Counted from the stretch's first letter, positions 35,690 through 50,600 are shown. The stretch: DNA of 64,000 nucleotides from Hypanus sabinus (GCF_030144855.1 NC_082712.1:9982001-10046000), one strand, 5' to 3'. A program made the numbers and translations. The notes: generated by a model not told the origin, from the letters alone.

Positions 35690-38600
35690 ATGTTCTGATT
35701 TTGAGTTTCAGTGTTTGTTTAATTACCAAACTAATTTGGAAAAGGGAAATACCCGATTCTTTTATTTGATTGGTTTGTGGGTGGTATTTGGCAATAATGA
35801 ATACTGACGACTTTCTGGCATTGCCTGACCCGGAGTAATTAGCGAAGGTGAAAAAGGGTGATGTATCCGACATTGCTAGAAGGTTGGACCTTAAAGGAAT
35901 TACAAAGGTTACAGCAGGGTTTCCAGTGACGTCATCGTCGAGAATGTCCGCTTAAGTCACTAGCACCTCCGTAAAAACACGTATTAAGCCCCGTTAACCC
36001 ATCAAATACAGTATCTTTCGAAAAATATTGGAACTGAAAAGAGGGGCAGGAATGGGGAAAAGGAATGGAAATAGAAAAAAGCGACACTGCAGAGCCGGCG
36101 GCTGAGAGGAGTGCAGCGAGCAGCTCTCCGACCCGACCGCGTGTTAGCGAGGCGGACGCTGGGCCTCGTTCAGGCGAAGTGGCGAATATGATCGAAATCT
36201 GGAAAGAAATAGAGCAGCAGCTTCGTGATATTAAGTCAGAGCTCGCCAGCGTCAATCAAAAAATAGCGGTGGCAGAGACTCGAATTGAGAAGGTGGAAGG
36301 TCGCGTTCAAAATGTGGGACAGATACTGAGTAAGACAATGAAAATATTAAATCACCAAGAAGGTAAACTGCTTGACCTGGAGGGAAGATCATGGCGTAAA
36401 AATATCGGAATCTACAACGTCCCTGAAGGAGCGGAGGGCTTGTCTATAACGGAGTTTGTCGGAAAGTTACTGCGGGACGCGCTGTATCTTCCCTCGGCTA
36501 TGGAGCTGGAAGTCGAAAGAGCCCACCGCGCGCTCGTCCCGAAAAGCCTACCCAGGATAGAAATCCACGCTCAATAATAATAAAATTCCTTTGGTACAGC
36601 ACCAAGGCGGAGATTCTACGAAGGGCCTGGGGTAAGAAGAGAGTGTTTTTAGACGATAAATTAATATATTTCAACCAAGATTACCCCCTGCCGTGAGGTC
36701 CTGCAGAAACACAAAGAATACTCTGAAGTAAAGCGAGTACTAAAGAAAAAAAAAGATTAGATTTCAAACTTCATACCCTGCTAAACTTTAAGTGTTTTAT
36801 GATGACGAAACGCGGTTGTACCAGACAGTAGAAGAAGTGGCTACAGACATGAAGGCCAGAGGGTTGCCCGTCAGCGTGACCAATATTAGGGGAAGCCTGA
36901 CTGAAGAATTATCCTGCTCCGCTTGGGAAACAGTGCGAGAATTGAGAAGGCAGGAGACCGGAGGAGGATGAGAGAAATATATCAGGAAGAGACCAGGAGT
37001 TTCCCAAAGACAGTCCTCACCCCCTTCAAAAGAGCCATAAGGTTTGGCTAACTTTAAAAATGTCGAGTAGCTAAATGGAAGCAAAAGTAGATGGTGATAC
37101 ACCTATCTCGAGAAATACTTATTATAATGGGGATTTTATATTACTTAGTTGTTATTCTTTATTTGCTCACTTACTCCTTTTCCCCCACCAAAATGAGAAT
37201 ATGTATATGTATATGAGAATATATATATATCTGTGTGTGTGCATATATGTGTATATTTGTAATATATGTATGTATATAAATATATATATTAGGAGTACAA
37301 AGGAAAATCTTTTCTATGTAACGGATTTGTTCACTGAATACGTTCACAGTTTTATGAATACTGCAATGGGGGCCCTCAACTCACAAGTAGGAGGGATTAT
37401 CCCCAACAGCTAGAAATTTGCTCTAGCTCAACGCAGGGTCATCTACTAGAGACCTCAGCCTTGGAATCACACGTTCGTTTGTTATTATTTGCTTTTCTTG
37501 GTTCTTATTTCTTCAGGGAGTAGATCGATTAAGTTTGATTCTAGTTTCAGTGATACATTGACAGATAAATACAGATGGCTAAGGACAAGGTAAAATTCAT
37601 TTCCTTTAATGTTAATGGGCTATTAAATCCAATCAAACGTAAGAGAATTTTATCCAAAATGGAAAAGGAACAAGCCCATGTCGTATATTTACAGGAAACT
37701 CATTTAAGTGATAATGAGCATAAAAAACTAAAGAGAATGGGCTTCACTAATCTGTTTTTCTCCTCATAGAAATCAGGAGTTGCTATTCTTACCTGAAGTA
37801 AGCTAAATGTTGAACAAGTATTCGAAATGGGCGATAAAGAGGGCAGATATATTCTGGTGAGGGGGAATATAGATGGAAATTTAGTTACTCCATTGAATAT
37901 ATACGCACCCCCAGGAAGTGATATTGGTGTCTTTCAGAAAATTACTGATATTATGGTAACAGAAACAAAAGGTCTCCTGATATGTGGGGGAGATTTAAAT
38001 TTACAATTACAACCAAACTTAGACTCTTCCAATAGAAAAACCTATGAAATAGAATCTTTACATAAGAAAGTTAATACTCTTTTTGAGGATGTTGGTTTAA
38101 TTAATATATGGAGGGACCTTTTCCTCGACAGAAGTGATTACACTCATTATTTTGTTCCCCATTCTGTATATACATAAATAGACCGTTTCATAACAGTTGG
38201 AAAAGACAAAGACAAAATAAACACCTGTAGAATTGGGACAATAGATGCAAGTGACCATGCACCTGTATATTTATCTGTTGATTTTGACCTACAACCAAAA
38301 AATACTGTTTGGAAACTAAATTCAAGTCTACTCAATGATCTGCACTTTAATAACAAATGAAAAAAGAAATTGGTCTCTACTTAGAATTTAATGATAATGG
38401 AGATGTTTCACCTCCCATTTTATGGGATACTCTGAAGGTGGTCTTAAGAGGGAAAATTATAGCGATATCTTCATATAAGAAAAAAAAAGGAATAAAACAT
38501 TAGAGTAATTACAAAATAGACTGAAGGAACTAGAGAAAAACACAAAGTGAATTTGGCACAGATAACATTAGGGGAAATTAAAAGAATTAGGAATGAAATA

Positions 38601-40096
38601 AATAGTTTGGCTACGTAAGAAATCAGGAAAAACTTAATGTGTCTGAAACAGACACATTATGAAAATGGATCGAAATCAGTGAAAATACTGGCTTCGAAAC
38701 TGAAAAAAAAGATAGCAGAAAATGCAATTCACAGAATTAGAGACCCAAGAATGAAAATGATAAAAAATAAGCTAAGTGAAATCCAAGAAGCTTTTGAATT
38801 GTTTTACAAAACTCTATATTCCATAGTTCCAGGGGGAAGCATAATCCAAATTCACACCTTCTTGAATTCTCTAGACTTACCCACTTTAAGTGAAGAACAA
38901 AATAGAACGATGACTGCTGACATAACTGAAGTTGAATTAAAAACTGCAATTAGTGGCCTTAATTTAAGCAAGTCACCAGGATCAGATGGACATATGACAT
39001 AGTGGTACAAAGAATTTAAAAATGAGTTAATTCCTGTTTTACTCCCCATACTGAACTGGGCTCTAAAAAAGGCACAAATGCCACCCAGTTGGAAGGAAGC
39101 GATAATCTCAGCTATATCGAAAGAAGGTAAGGATAAAATGGAATGCGGGTTACTTAGACCAATATCTGCTCTTAATGTAGATTATAGATTATTTACCTCC
39201 ATCATGGCCAAACGATTAGAGGAGTTTCTACCCATACATATACGTAACGATCAGACAAGTTTTATACGACAACGCCAGACACAAGACAATATATGAAGGA
39301 CACTTCATATTATGGATCATATACAAAAAAGTAAAATTGAAGCAATAGTGATGAGCGTGGATGCTGAAACAGCATTTGATTCGGCTAATTGGAGTATTCT
39401 TTACAGAGTTTTACATAGATTTGGTTTCCAAGACACAATTATTAAAACTATACAGACATTATATGACAATCCTACTGCTAGGATTAATATCAATGGATAT
39501 TTATCAAATAGACTTACCCTGGAAAGGGGCACGATACAGGTTGTGCATGGTCACCACTACTCTTTGCATTATATCTGGAACCATTAGCTCAATAGATCAC
39601 AGAAAATGAAGATATCAGAGGAATTACTATTAAAGGGACAGAGCATAAATCAGCTTGTTATGCGGATGACATTTTGATCTACCTAGGGCAACCAACATAC
39701 TCTTTACCTAAATTGAATCAATCCTTTGTACAATATGATCAATTATCAGGATACAAGATCAACACAGATAAAACCCAATTACTTTCATATTACTATAGTC
39801 CACCAAGAGAAATTGAAAGTCAATACCCTTGGGTATAGCACACGGAGCCTTTCAAATATTTGGGCATCATTATGCCAAAAGATTTGGCAAAATTATCAGA
39901 ATGTAATTATCAGCCTTTATATAAAAAATTAAGGAAGGTGTGTCAAGATGGAACCTGATTCCTTTTTTCAGTCTCAGTTGAAGGACTGAGTCCATTAAAA
40001 TGAATATATTGCCCAGACTATTATATCTCTTTCAGACCCTACCAATAGAGATTAATCAAAATCAATTCAATGAATTGAACAAGATGCTATCAAGGT

Positions 40097-43000
40097 CATT
40101 TGAATCGGGAGCAAGTTACAGCTTGTGATTCAGCTGGGAGCTCAGAGAATTCGACCGTGTAGGTAGGATTGAAGCCAACCTGGTCAATACCTGTGGAGGA
40201 GGGGGAACTGCGCAGGCGCGAGTGACGTCAGCGTCGAGCGCGCACTTTAAAAGGCAGGACTTCTTTTCAGAGCGGGCTGCGGAGTCCGTGGAAGCAGAGT
40301 CCTGGGCTTTGGCTAAGTGGGCTTCGGCGTAAGGGGACTTCAGTAAGCCTGTGTGATTGCTCGCTGAGGGGAAGAAGGTAAGGTTGCTAGGTGCTTTTTA
40401 GACTTATTCTATTAATTCAGTTCAGGTATGGGGGAGACAGTCAGAGCAGTGGTGTGCTCCGTATGCAGTATGTGGGAAGTCAGGGTCAACACAGTTGTCC
40501 CTGATGACCACACCTGCAAGAGGTGTGTCCAGCTGCAGCTCCTATCAGCCCGAGTTCGGGAGTTGGAGCTGGAGCTGGATGAACTACGGATCATTCGGGA
40601 GGCAGAGGCAGAGATAGATAGGAGTTATCAGGAGGTAGTCACACCAAAAAAACCAAGAAGTAGGCAGATGGGTGACGGTCCAGAGAGGCAGGGGGAGCAG
40701 GCAGAGAGAGCAGAGCATCCCTGCGGCCATTCCCATTAACAATAAGTATACCGTACTGGATACTGTTGATGGGGATGACCTACCAGGAATGAGTTGTAGT
40801 GGTCCTGCCTCTGGCACAGAGGTTGAACCCTCAACTAGAAAGGGGAGGAGGGAAGAGAAGAGAGCGATAGTTTTAGGGGATTCTATAGTTAGGGGGGGCA
40901 GATAGGAGATTTTATGGGGCAGATTGGGAGTCTCGGATGGTATGTTGCCTCCCTGGTGCCAGGGTCTGGGACATCTCAGATCGGGTGCAGGCTATTCTTG
41001 AGAATGAGGGCATGAACCCAGATGTAGTGGTCCACGTAGGGACCAACGATGTAGGTAAGGTGAGTGAGGGGGTCTTGCTTAGAGAGTTCATGGAGTTAGG
41101 AGTGAAGCTGAAAGGCAGGACCTCCAGGGTGACAATCTCGGGATTGCTACCTGTGCCACGTGCGAGTGAGGCGAAGAATAGAATGATTATGCACATTAAT
41201 ACGAGGCTGAGAGCATGGTGCAGGAAGGAAGGGTTCAGGTTTTTGGATAATTGGTCTTTGTTCCAGGGACATTGGGATCTGTTTCGAAGGGACGGTCTAC
41301 ACCTGAACCGGAGGGGTACTAACATTCTTGCAGGAGTGTTTGCCAGTGCTGCTCGGGGGTGGGGGGGGGGGGTTTAAACTAGATGTGCAGGGGGCAGGGA
41401 TCCAGATCCAGAAGGAGCATGGGGTTAAATGTGTAGAAGGTTTGGGTGATCTTGAGAAGGTCATCAAAATTCAAGGTGCAATTAGCCCGATGGAAGTTCA
41501 AGGAGCTGGGTTAGGTACAGTAGACAGTGTTTTAAGCAAAGAGAGGAGGAATGGGCTAAGAATTCTATACTTGAATGCGCGTAGTGTCAGAAATAAGACA
41601 GATGAGCTTGAAGCTCAGATGAAAATGGGGAACTACGATATTGTTCGGATAATGGAGACATGGCTGCAAGGGGATCAGGCCTGGGAATTGAGTGTACCAG
41701 GGTATACGTGCTATCGTAGAGACAGAATTATGGGAAGAGGGGGTGGGGTGGCCCTGTTGGTGAGGAATGAGATTCAGTCCTTAGCAAGAGGTGACTTGGG
41801 AACAGGGGAAGTAGAGTCTGTGTGGATTGAGCTGAGGAACAGTAAGGGTAAAAAGACCCTAATGGGTGTTGTGTACAGGCCCCCAAACAGTAGCGTGGAT
41901 ATTGGGTACAAGTTGATTAGGGAGTTAACATTGGCATGTGCTAAAGGTAATGCAGTCGTTATGGGAGATTTCAACATGCAGGTGAACTGGGAGAATCAGG
42001 TAGGTGCTGGACCCCAGGGTAGGGAGTTTGTGGAGTGTCTAAGGGATGTATTTTTGGAACAGCTTGTGCTTGGGCTAACCAGGAACGAGGCTATTTTGGA
42101 CTTGGTGATGTGTAATGAACAGGAATTGATAAGTGATCTTGAAGTAAAGGAGCCATTAGGAAGTAGTGATCATAACATGATAAGTTTTTATCTACAATTT
42201 GAGAGGGATAAGGGCAGATCAGAGGTGTCAGTGTTGCAATTAACTAAAGGAGACTACAGAGCCATGAGGGAAGAGCTGGCCAAAGTTAAATGGGCGGATG
42301 CCCTGGCAGGAAAGACAGTGGATCAGCAGTGGCAGATATTCTTGGGGATAATACAAAAGATGCAAAAGCAGTTCATTCCTATGAGAAGGAAGGATTCAAA
42401 GAGGGGGAAGGGGCCACAGTGGTTGACAAAGGAAGTCAGAGATGTATAGCATTAAAGGAAAAGAAGTATGACAGGGCTAAGATGAGTGGGAATACAGATG
42501 ATTGGGAAAGTTTTAAGGAGCAGCAGATCTTAACTAAAAAAGCAATACAGAGAGAAAAAATCAGGTATGAGCTCAGTCTAGCCAGGAATATAAAAGGGGA
42601 TAGCAAAAGCTTTTTTAGCTATGTGAAGAGAAAGAAGATAGTTAAGAACAATGTTGGCCCCTTGAAGAATGAATTGGGAGAAATTGTTATGGGAAACAGG
42701 GAAATGGCAACAGAATTTAATGCGTACTTTAGATCTGTCTTCACCAGGGAGGAGACAAGGAATCTCCCAGATGTATGGATGGGCCAGGGTCATAAGATAT
42801 CAGAGGAATTGAGACAGATTGACATTAGGAAAGAAACTGTGATGAGTAGACTGGTAGGACTGAAGGCTAATAAATCCCCGGGTCCAAATGGTCTGCATCT
42901 GAGGGTTCTAAAAGAGGTGGCTCAGGAAATTGCGGATGCATTGGTAATCATTTTCCAATGTTCCTTAGATTCAGGATCAGTTCCTGAAGATTGGAGAGTG

Positions 43001-44452
43001 ACTAATGTTATCCCACTTTTCAAGAAGGGAGGGAAGGAGAAAACGGAGAACTATCGCCCTGTTAGCCTAACGTCAGTCGTGGGGAAGATGCTTGAGTCCA
43101 TTATTAAGGACGAAATAGTGGCACATCTTGATGGCAGAAATAGGATTAGGCCGAGCCAGCATGGATTTACCAAGGGCAAATCATGCTTGACTAATCTGTT
43201 GGAGTTTTTTGAGGGTGTAACAAGGACGTTAGACGAGGGTAAGCCAGTGGATGTTGTGTACCTAGATTTTCAGAAGGCATTCGATAAGGTGCCACATAGG
43301 AGATTGGTGAGTAAAATCAGAGCTCATGGCATTGGGGGCAGGGTTTCAACATGGATAGAAAACTGGTTGGCAGATAGAAAGCAAAGGGTAGCAGTGAATG
43401 GGTGTTTCTCGGACTGGCTGGAGGTGACTAGTTTGGTACCACAGGGCTCTGTATTGGGACCACAGCTCTTTACGATTTATGTCAACGATTTAGATGAGGG
43501 CATTGAAAACTATATCAGCAAATTTGCTGACGATACTAAACTGGGTGGCAGTGTGACATGCGAAGAGGACGTTAGGAGAATACAGGGAGATTTGGATAGG
43601 CTGAGTGAGTGGGCAGATACTTGGCAGTTGTCATTCAATGTGAATAAATGTGAAGTTATCCACTTTGGAAGCAGGAACAAGAGGGCAGAGTATTGTCTGA
43701 ATGGTGTAGAGTTAGGTAAGGGAGAAATGCAAAGAGACCTAGGAGTCCTAGTTCACCAGTCAATGAAGGTGAATGAGCAAGTGCAACAGGCAGTGAAGAG
43801 GGCAAATGGAATGTTGGCCTTTGTTACAAGGGGAATTGAGTACAAGAGCAAGGATGTCCTTTTGCATTTGTACAGGGCCCTGGTGAGACTGCACCTGGAA
43901 TATTGTGTACAGTTTTGGTCTCCAGGTTTAAGGAAGGACATTCTGGCAATTGAGGAAGTGCAGCGTATATTCACTAGGTTGATTCCTGGAATGGCAGGGC
44001 TGTCTTATGCAGAGAGATTGGAGAGATTGGGCTTGTACACGCTGGAATAGAGGAGATTGAGAGGGGATCTGATTGAAACGTTTAAGATAATTAAAGGATT
44101 TGATAGGATTGAGGCAGGAAATATGTTCCAGATGTTGGGAGAGTCCAGTACCAGAGGGCATGGATTGAGAATAAGAGGTCAGTTATTTAAAACAGAGTTG
44201 AGGAAGAGCTTCTTCTCCCAAAGAGTTGTGGAGGTGTGGAATGCACTGCCTCAGAAGACGGTGGAGGCCAATTCTCTGGATGCTTTCAAGAAGGAGCTGG
44301 ATAGATATCTGATGGATAGGGGAATCAAGGGATATGGGGACAAGGCAGTGAGGGACTGGGTATTGATAGTGAATGATCAGCCATGATCTCAGAATGGCGG
44401 TGCAGACTCGAGGGGCCGAATGGTCTACTTCTGCACCTATTGTCTATTGTCT
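40097..44452 (+). mobile_element. Near full-length, lightly mutated CR1 LINE inserted in L1 ORF2
   Basis: ORF1 has a Cys knuckle, leucine zipper and SGNH esterase (GDS, GTND, DGLH); ORF2 has APE and RT (ORFs 41328..42449, 42290..44050, 44057..44386); (CTATTGT)n tail; the host L1 reads LSR|YIWQG across the site. Confidence 0.95.
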
Positions 44453-45278
44453 ATATTTGGCAGGGTAAAAGGCCTAGAGTTCGTCTCAAAACTTTGCAAA
44501 GGAAAAGGGGGGGGGGGATGGGGCCTACCTTCTCTTAGAGTTTATTATTTTGCAGCACAGTTGAGAGCTGTGATATGTTGGTGCAACCCATGGTATGACG
44601 CTCAATGGAAAAACATTCAGGAGCGGGTACTTCCCATCTCCATACAGGCAATTTTGGCTGATAACAACCTGCAAAGGTACATAAATACTATTGATAACCC
44701 ATGGGTGAAATTGAGTCTTAAAATATGGAAAACTATTATAAAAGAATATAATCCTGAGGGAGATATTGCAATTCTTAAATGGTGTGTATATGACTCGGAC
44801 TTTACGCCAAATGAATTGGATGCTAGATTTAAGGACTGGACCGCTAAAGGAATAACAGTTCTTTGCAACATAATGAAAGAAGGAACACTGTTCAGTTTTG
44901 AAATGCTTAAAGGGAAACACTTAATAGAAAATCAAGATTTTTATCGGTATTTACAGATGTTAAAATATGTTAGTAAGACGCTTAAAAATGTAACCAAGGC
45001 AAGTAAATGTTTGATAGAGCTCTTTAGAAAAGCATATAATTCAGATAATGGTAGCAGAATCATTTCAAGCATGTATAAAGAGTTGTCAAATCTTAAAACA
45101 CATTCTTCATACATTAAAACAAAATGGGAGAAGGAAGGAAGGATAATTATATCTGAGGAAGAATAGACAATAATATGGTGGTATCAATGGAAGTGTACCA
45201 GTTCACAGAAATGGAGGGAGCTTGAATGGAAAAACTTGATAAGATATTTTATTACACCTTCTCAGAAATCCCATTATT

Positions 45279-45907
45279 CTTTTTTTATATCTTTTTATTA
45301 ATTTTAAGAAAAACATAGATGAAATATGAATACAAAGCGTTTGAGATTACATAATTAATAAAATAGACAAGCAGATATATGATAATCAATATATAAGGCC
45401 TCCCAAACTCACAGTATTTATGTAAAAGAGACAAAAAAAGGAAAAAAAAGAACCCCCCCCCCAAAAAAAAAGAGAAAAAGAAACAACTAACCAACATGGG
45501 CCAATATATAATGTTAAATACATACAGTAGTGCCAATAATTCCGAACCTCCATCCAAAAAATTAAGGATAATAAAAGTAAGGTTTAGGAAAAGACAATTT
45601 AACTCATATGAAAATGTTGAATAAATGGTCTCCAAGTTTCTTCAAATTTAACTGAGTAATCAAAAACCACGCTTCTAATTTTTTCTGAACTCAAACAAGA
45701 GATAGTTTGAGAAAACCACTGAAATACAGTTGGGGGATTAATTTCATTCCAATTCAATAAAATAGATCTTCTAGCCATTAATGTAACAAATGCAATCATT
45801 TGTTGAGATATTATAATAATCGTTGAGATATTATAATAATTGTTGAGATATTATAATATTATAATATATTCGTTGAGATATTATAATATTCGTTGAGATA
45901 TTATAAT
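45279..45907 (-). mobile_element. 5'-truncated antisense L1 3' fragment, 12-bp TSD AATCCCATTATT
   Basis: TSD at 45267-45278 and 45908-45919; T-rich tail at left; ORF 45599..45799(-) IAFVTLMARRSILLNW..ETWRPFI. Confidence 0.85.
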
Positions 45908-45910
45908 AAT
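45801..45910. repeat. Five-copy ~20-bp tandem array (T/C)GTTGAGATATTATAATAAT
   Basis: Copies start at 45801, 45821, 45841, 45871 and 45891. Confidence 0.95.
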
Positions 45911-46592
45911 CCCATTATTATAGTAACCTCCCTGTTTGCTGGAGAAATTGTGGAAATCAAAATGCAACTCATTAGCATATTTTTTTGGGACTTCCCTTTT
46001 ATCAAAAACTATTGGAGGGGGATACACAATGCCCTACAAGACATCTTTATATGTGAAATACCCTGAGAGAGTAAGACCATATATTTTGGATATATACCTC
46101 AAGAATGGTTGAAAAGAGATAAATATTTAATGAATATACTGTTGGTGGCTGGTAAAAAGACTCTTACTAGGAAATGGTTATCACAGGAGAGCCCAACTTT
46201 GAATACATGGATGGAAATTACAATGGACATTTACAACATGGAGAAGATAACAGCATCTATTAATCATAAACTGGAACAATTTGATTCATACTGGGAAAAA
46301 TGGGTTAACTACATAATGCCTCATAGGCCTGATTTTATTCTCAGAAATCAATGAATCTGTTGTAAAAAAAAAGATCACTCCCGACTTGTACATAGTTTTT
46401 TCCTTCTGCTTGATTTTTCTTTGCACTCTTTTCTGTAAGTGTATCCCTCAGATAAATACTATGTGGAGATTTGTGATATATATGATTATATGATATATAT
46501 GTACAATGTCTGAAATACGTCTTATGGAAATGTTTGTTTGATGATGAACTTCAATAAAAAAATAAATTACAAAAAAAACAAAGGTTACAACA

Positions 46593-47620
46593 AAGCCAGT
46601 AATTCAGAGAAAATCGCGGCATACTATAAAGTGTGGGGTGATTTTGATGAAGAAGTTTTAGACATGTTCCAATAAGTAATCTAGAGATGCAGTTGCATAT
46701 CGAAGAAAATAAAGTTAAAGCAATTAGAAGCTGATTGGGAATGAAGTCGGTTAGAAGCTGCAAATAAACAGAAGGAATTTGAAGCTAGAGAAGCAGATAA
46801 AAAGAGGGAGCTTGAGCTAGCGAGGGAGAAATTAAAATCCAAGAATCAGTCCTCTGGTTCTAGGAAAGAGTTTGTTGCTAGTCGGGAAGTTATGTTGGCT
46901 CCCCTATTTTAATGAAACAGAAGGAGATAAATATAGAGCAACATTTTGAAATCGTTGCTCTGATTTCAGAGTGGCCAAAATAGAAATTGCCAGTGATGTT
47001 ACAAAGTACAATTAAAGGCAAGACACAACAAGTTTATACACCTTTAACTGCTGAGCAAGCACTTGATTATGATATTGTGAAATATACTGAAAGTGTATGA
47101 ACTGGTTCCAGAAGCTTATAGAGAAAGATTTAGAAATTTGAAGAAATCTGTCGAAAAATCTTCCGTGGAATTTGCCTGTGATAAACCTATGTGTTTTGAA
47201 CGATGGATTTCCTCCAAAAATGTAAATGGAGAGTATAATAAATTAAACGAGTTGATTTTAATGGAGGAATTTAAAAGAGGCATTCCTGTTGAAGCAAGAA
47301 CGTACTTTAATGACAGGGACACTGCTACATTGCAGGAGTCTGCTAAATTAGCTGATGAGTATGCTTTAATCCATCAGAGTAAATTTCTTCAAGGTAGAAC
47401 TTTTAAAAGGAAAAATAGCACAGAGACACAAGGTAAACCAAAAATTAAATCAGAAGTTAGCGTGAAAGGTAAGGATGAAAGAAAACCTATGAAGGAAAGA
47501 CGGGTTGGTCCTATTTGTAATTATTGCAAGAAACCTGGTCACGTAATAGCTAAGTTTCTGACCGAAGAAGAAGGAGAAGGAGGCAGTCACAGATGCTTGT
47601 GTGCAACTTATTGAACAACC
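46593..47620 (+). pseudogene. Gmr1 gag remnant (SCAN-like region plus zinc knuckle)
   Basis: YELVPEAYRERFRNLKK..LILMEEFKRGIP..LADEY..CNYCKKPGHVIAK. Confidence 0.85.
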
Positions 47621-47699
47621 TGTAAATCCACAGGCTTCAATAAATACAAATGAAGCTTTGTCAGTGTCTGACCAAGTTAATAGAGGATATGATCTTTTT

Positions 47700-50600
47700 A
47701 TAACCGAAGGATTTGTATCCTTGTAAGAGGGATCCACTCCGGTGCCAAGAAAAAGCCTTAGGAATCCTGGAGCTTCTCAATCACTGATGTTAGACAGTGT
47801 ATTGAAGTTTAATGAAGAGTCTGAAACCAGTGAGGCAAACTATACAAGAGGTGTTGGGAGTGCCCTTATGGCTGTACATTTGCATAGAGTGAATTTATGT
47901 CAGGGTTAGTTACAGGATCCGTTAAAGTAGGAGTACGACCCAGTTTACCCGTGAATGATGTGTCTCTATTGTTAGGGAATGACTTACCAGATGGATAAGT
48001 TTTTCCTGAAGTGCATTTGACGATTAAGCCCATCACTGATGAACTAAAGATAGGTTCTAACATGGATTCCTCTTGTGTTGTAACCCAAACTATGGCTGAA
48101 AAGATGGATGAGGAAGACTGGTCTGCTACCCATAACCGTTCAACTCGGGATTTGAATTCTAGGTTGTGTCAGAAACTTTCTTACCTTCATTGTTTACCTT
48201 CAAGATCTTTGTAGTAAGTCTGACCATGAAGATTTGTGTCTGTCTCAGAAGGAGATGACAGCAGAGCAGAGTACAAACCCTGAGATTATCACATTAAAGG
48301 AAAAAACTCTTCCAGATAGTGAAATTGTGAAGGTGCCAGTAGGATATTATTTTGAGAAGGGAGTATTAATGAGGAAGTGGAGATCACCCACAATTCCTGC
48401 ATTTGAGGAATGGAAGGTTTTTCACCAGGTAGTAGTTCCTAAAGTTTATGGGAATGAGATTTTAACATTCGCTCATAGTATGCCCTTGGGTGGACATCAA
48501 GATGTGATGAAAACTGTGAACAAGGTTTTTAAACATTTTTACTGGCCTGGTTTGAGAAAAAAAATGTGGCGACATTTTGCTGAACTTGTCATACTTGTCA
48601 GATTGTGGGCAAACCTAATCAAGTTACTCCAGTGGCCCGACTGTAACCTATTCTTGCACTTGATGAACGGTTTTCCAAAATTATTGTAGATTGTGTAGGC
48701 CCATTGTCAGAAAACTAAAACTGGCCGTCAATATTTGCTGACCACCATGTGCAGAGTGTTTAGGTTTCCAGAGGCTTACCACTCAGGAATATAAAGGCTA
48801 AAACTGTAATAAGGGGTCTTATAAAATTTTTTACTTATTCTGGGTTGCCTATCTGATCAAGGTAGTAATTTTATGTTTGGATTGTTCCAGCAGATAGTTT
48901 ATAAACTGGGAGCTAAACAGATTACCTCGTCTGCATACCATCCAGAATTGCAAGGAACTTTGGAGAAGTTTCATTCTACCCTCAGAACCATGATTAGGAC
49001 GTATTGTGAGGAAAACAAAACGGATTCGAATGAGGGCATATAGTTACTTTTATTTGCAGTACAGAAGTCAGTGCAGGATTCTTTAGGTTTCAGTCATTTT
49101 GAACTTGTGTTTGCACATAGAGTTAGAGGACCTTTGGCCTTATTAAAAGAACAATGGATTAATAAAGAGGTACATACTAATTTGCTGGATTATGTTTTGA
49201 AATTTAAGGATAGATTGCATAAAGCTTGTAGTTTAGCCAGGGAAAATCTAATATCAGTTCAGGAGAAAATGAAAACCTGGTATGATAAGGAAGCTGGAGT
49301 AAGTTAATTTGAGCCTGGAGACAAGGTTTTGGTCCTTTTACCGGTGCAAACGAACCCTTTACAAACTAAATTTCATGGTCCTTATGAAGTTATATTTAAA
49401 GTTAATGATGTGGATTATGTGACTAACAACTCCAGATCGAAAAAAAGTCAACACAGCTTTGTCATATAGATATGGCAAAACCTTATTATGAGAAACAGTC
49501 CGCTACTATGACTGTTGTGGTTAATAATAATGAGACTGATCCCACAGGGAACTTATTGGATGATTCTTCTGAAACACATTTTAAACCTAATATTATTTCT
49601 GCCAGATTACCAAAGTCAACTATTCTGGGAAATATTGATGAGAATTTAGCTCATTTACAGGCAGAGCAGAAGCAGCAGATGAAGCAGTTACTTTTGAAAT
49701 GTAGGGATTTATTTCCAGACGTTCCAAAAAGAACCATAATAGCTTCACATGATGTAGATGTTGGAGATGCCAAACCCATAAAGCAACATCCATATCGGAT
49801 GAACATGGAAATACGTGAACTTGCTTAGCAAGAAATTTAATATATATTAGAGAATAATATTATTAGACCTTCCAATTCGAATTGGAATTCACCTTGTGTT
49901 ATGGTGCTTAGGTCAGACGGTAGTGTTCCGTTTTGTATTGATTACAGTGAAGGTGAATGCTGTAACAAGAACAGATGCACATCCAGTTCCTAGAGTGGAT
50001 GATTCTGAGGACAAAGTCGGACAAGCAAAGTTCCTTACAAAGATTGATTTGTTGAAAGGGTATTGGTGTGTTCCATTAATGGATAGAGGTAGAGAGATTT
50101 CTGCATTTGTAACTCCATCTGGGTTACATGAATATAATGTTCTTCCTTTTGGGATGAAGAATTCCCTAGGTACTTTCTAGTGGATGATCAATTCTGTGAT
50201 TCATGGGTTAAAAGATATAGATGCCTATATTGAAGATTTAGTTACAGGAAATGATACTTGGGAAGCACATATTACTGTGGTGGAGAAACTATTTGAAAGG
50301 CCTTCAAAAGCTAACTTAACTACTAACTTAGCTAAAAGTGAATTTGGTCATGCCACTGTGACTTACCTTAGCTACGATGTGAGTCAGGGTAAATTAGCTC
50401 CTGTTTAGGCAAAAATCCAGGCAATTTTAGAGGTACCCACTCCAACTGGTAAACACTCTCAGAGGATTCTTGGGAATGGTAGGATATTACTAAAAATGTT
50501 GTAAGATTGTTGCTGACATTTCTCTTCCACTAACTAACCTCTTGAAGAAAAATGAAAAGTTTGTTTGGACAGTGCTTTGTCAGAAGGCATTTGAGAAATT

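Larger units (their letters stand above)
35917..46577 (+). mobile_element. Full-length decayed L1 inserted in Gmr1 gag
   Basis: ORF1 at 36065.. (LEGRSWRKNIGIYNVPEG, VERAHR); ORF2 from 37575 (FISFNVNGL..YLQETHL, SDH, SPGSDG, RPISALN, YADD); poly(A) tail; 15-bp TSD ACAAAGGTTACA(G/A)CA at 35902-35916 and 46578-46592. Confidence 0.92.
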
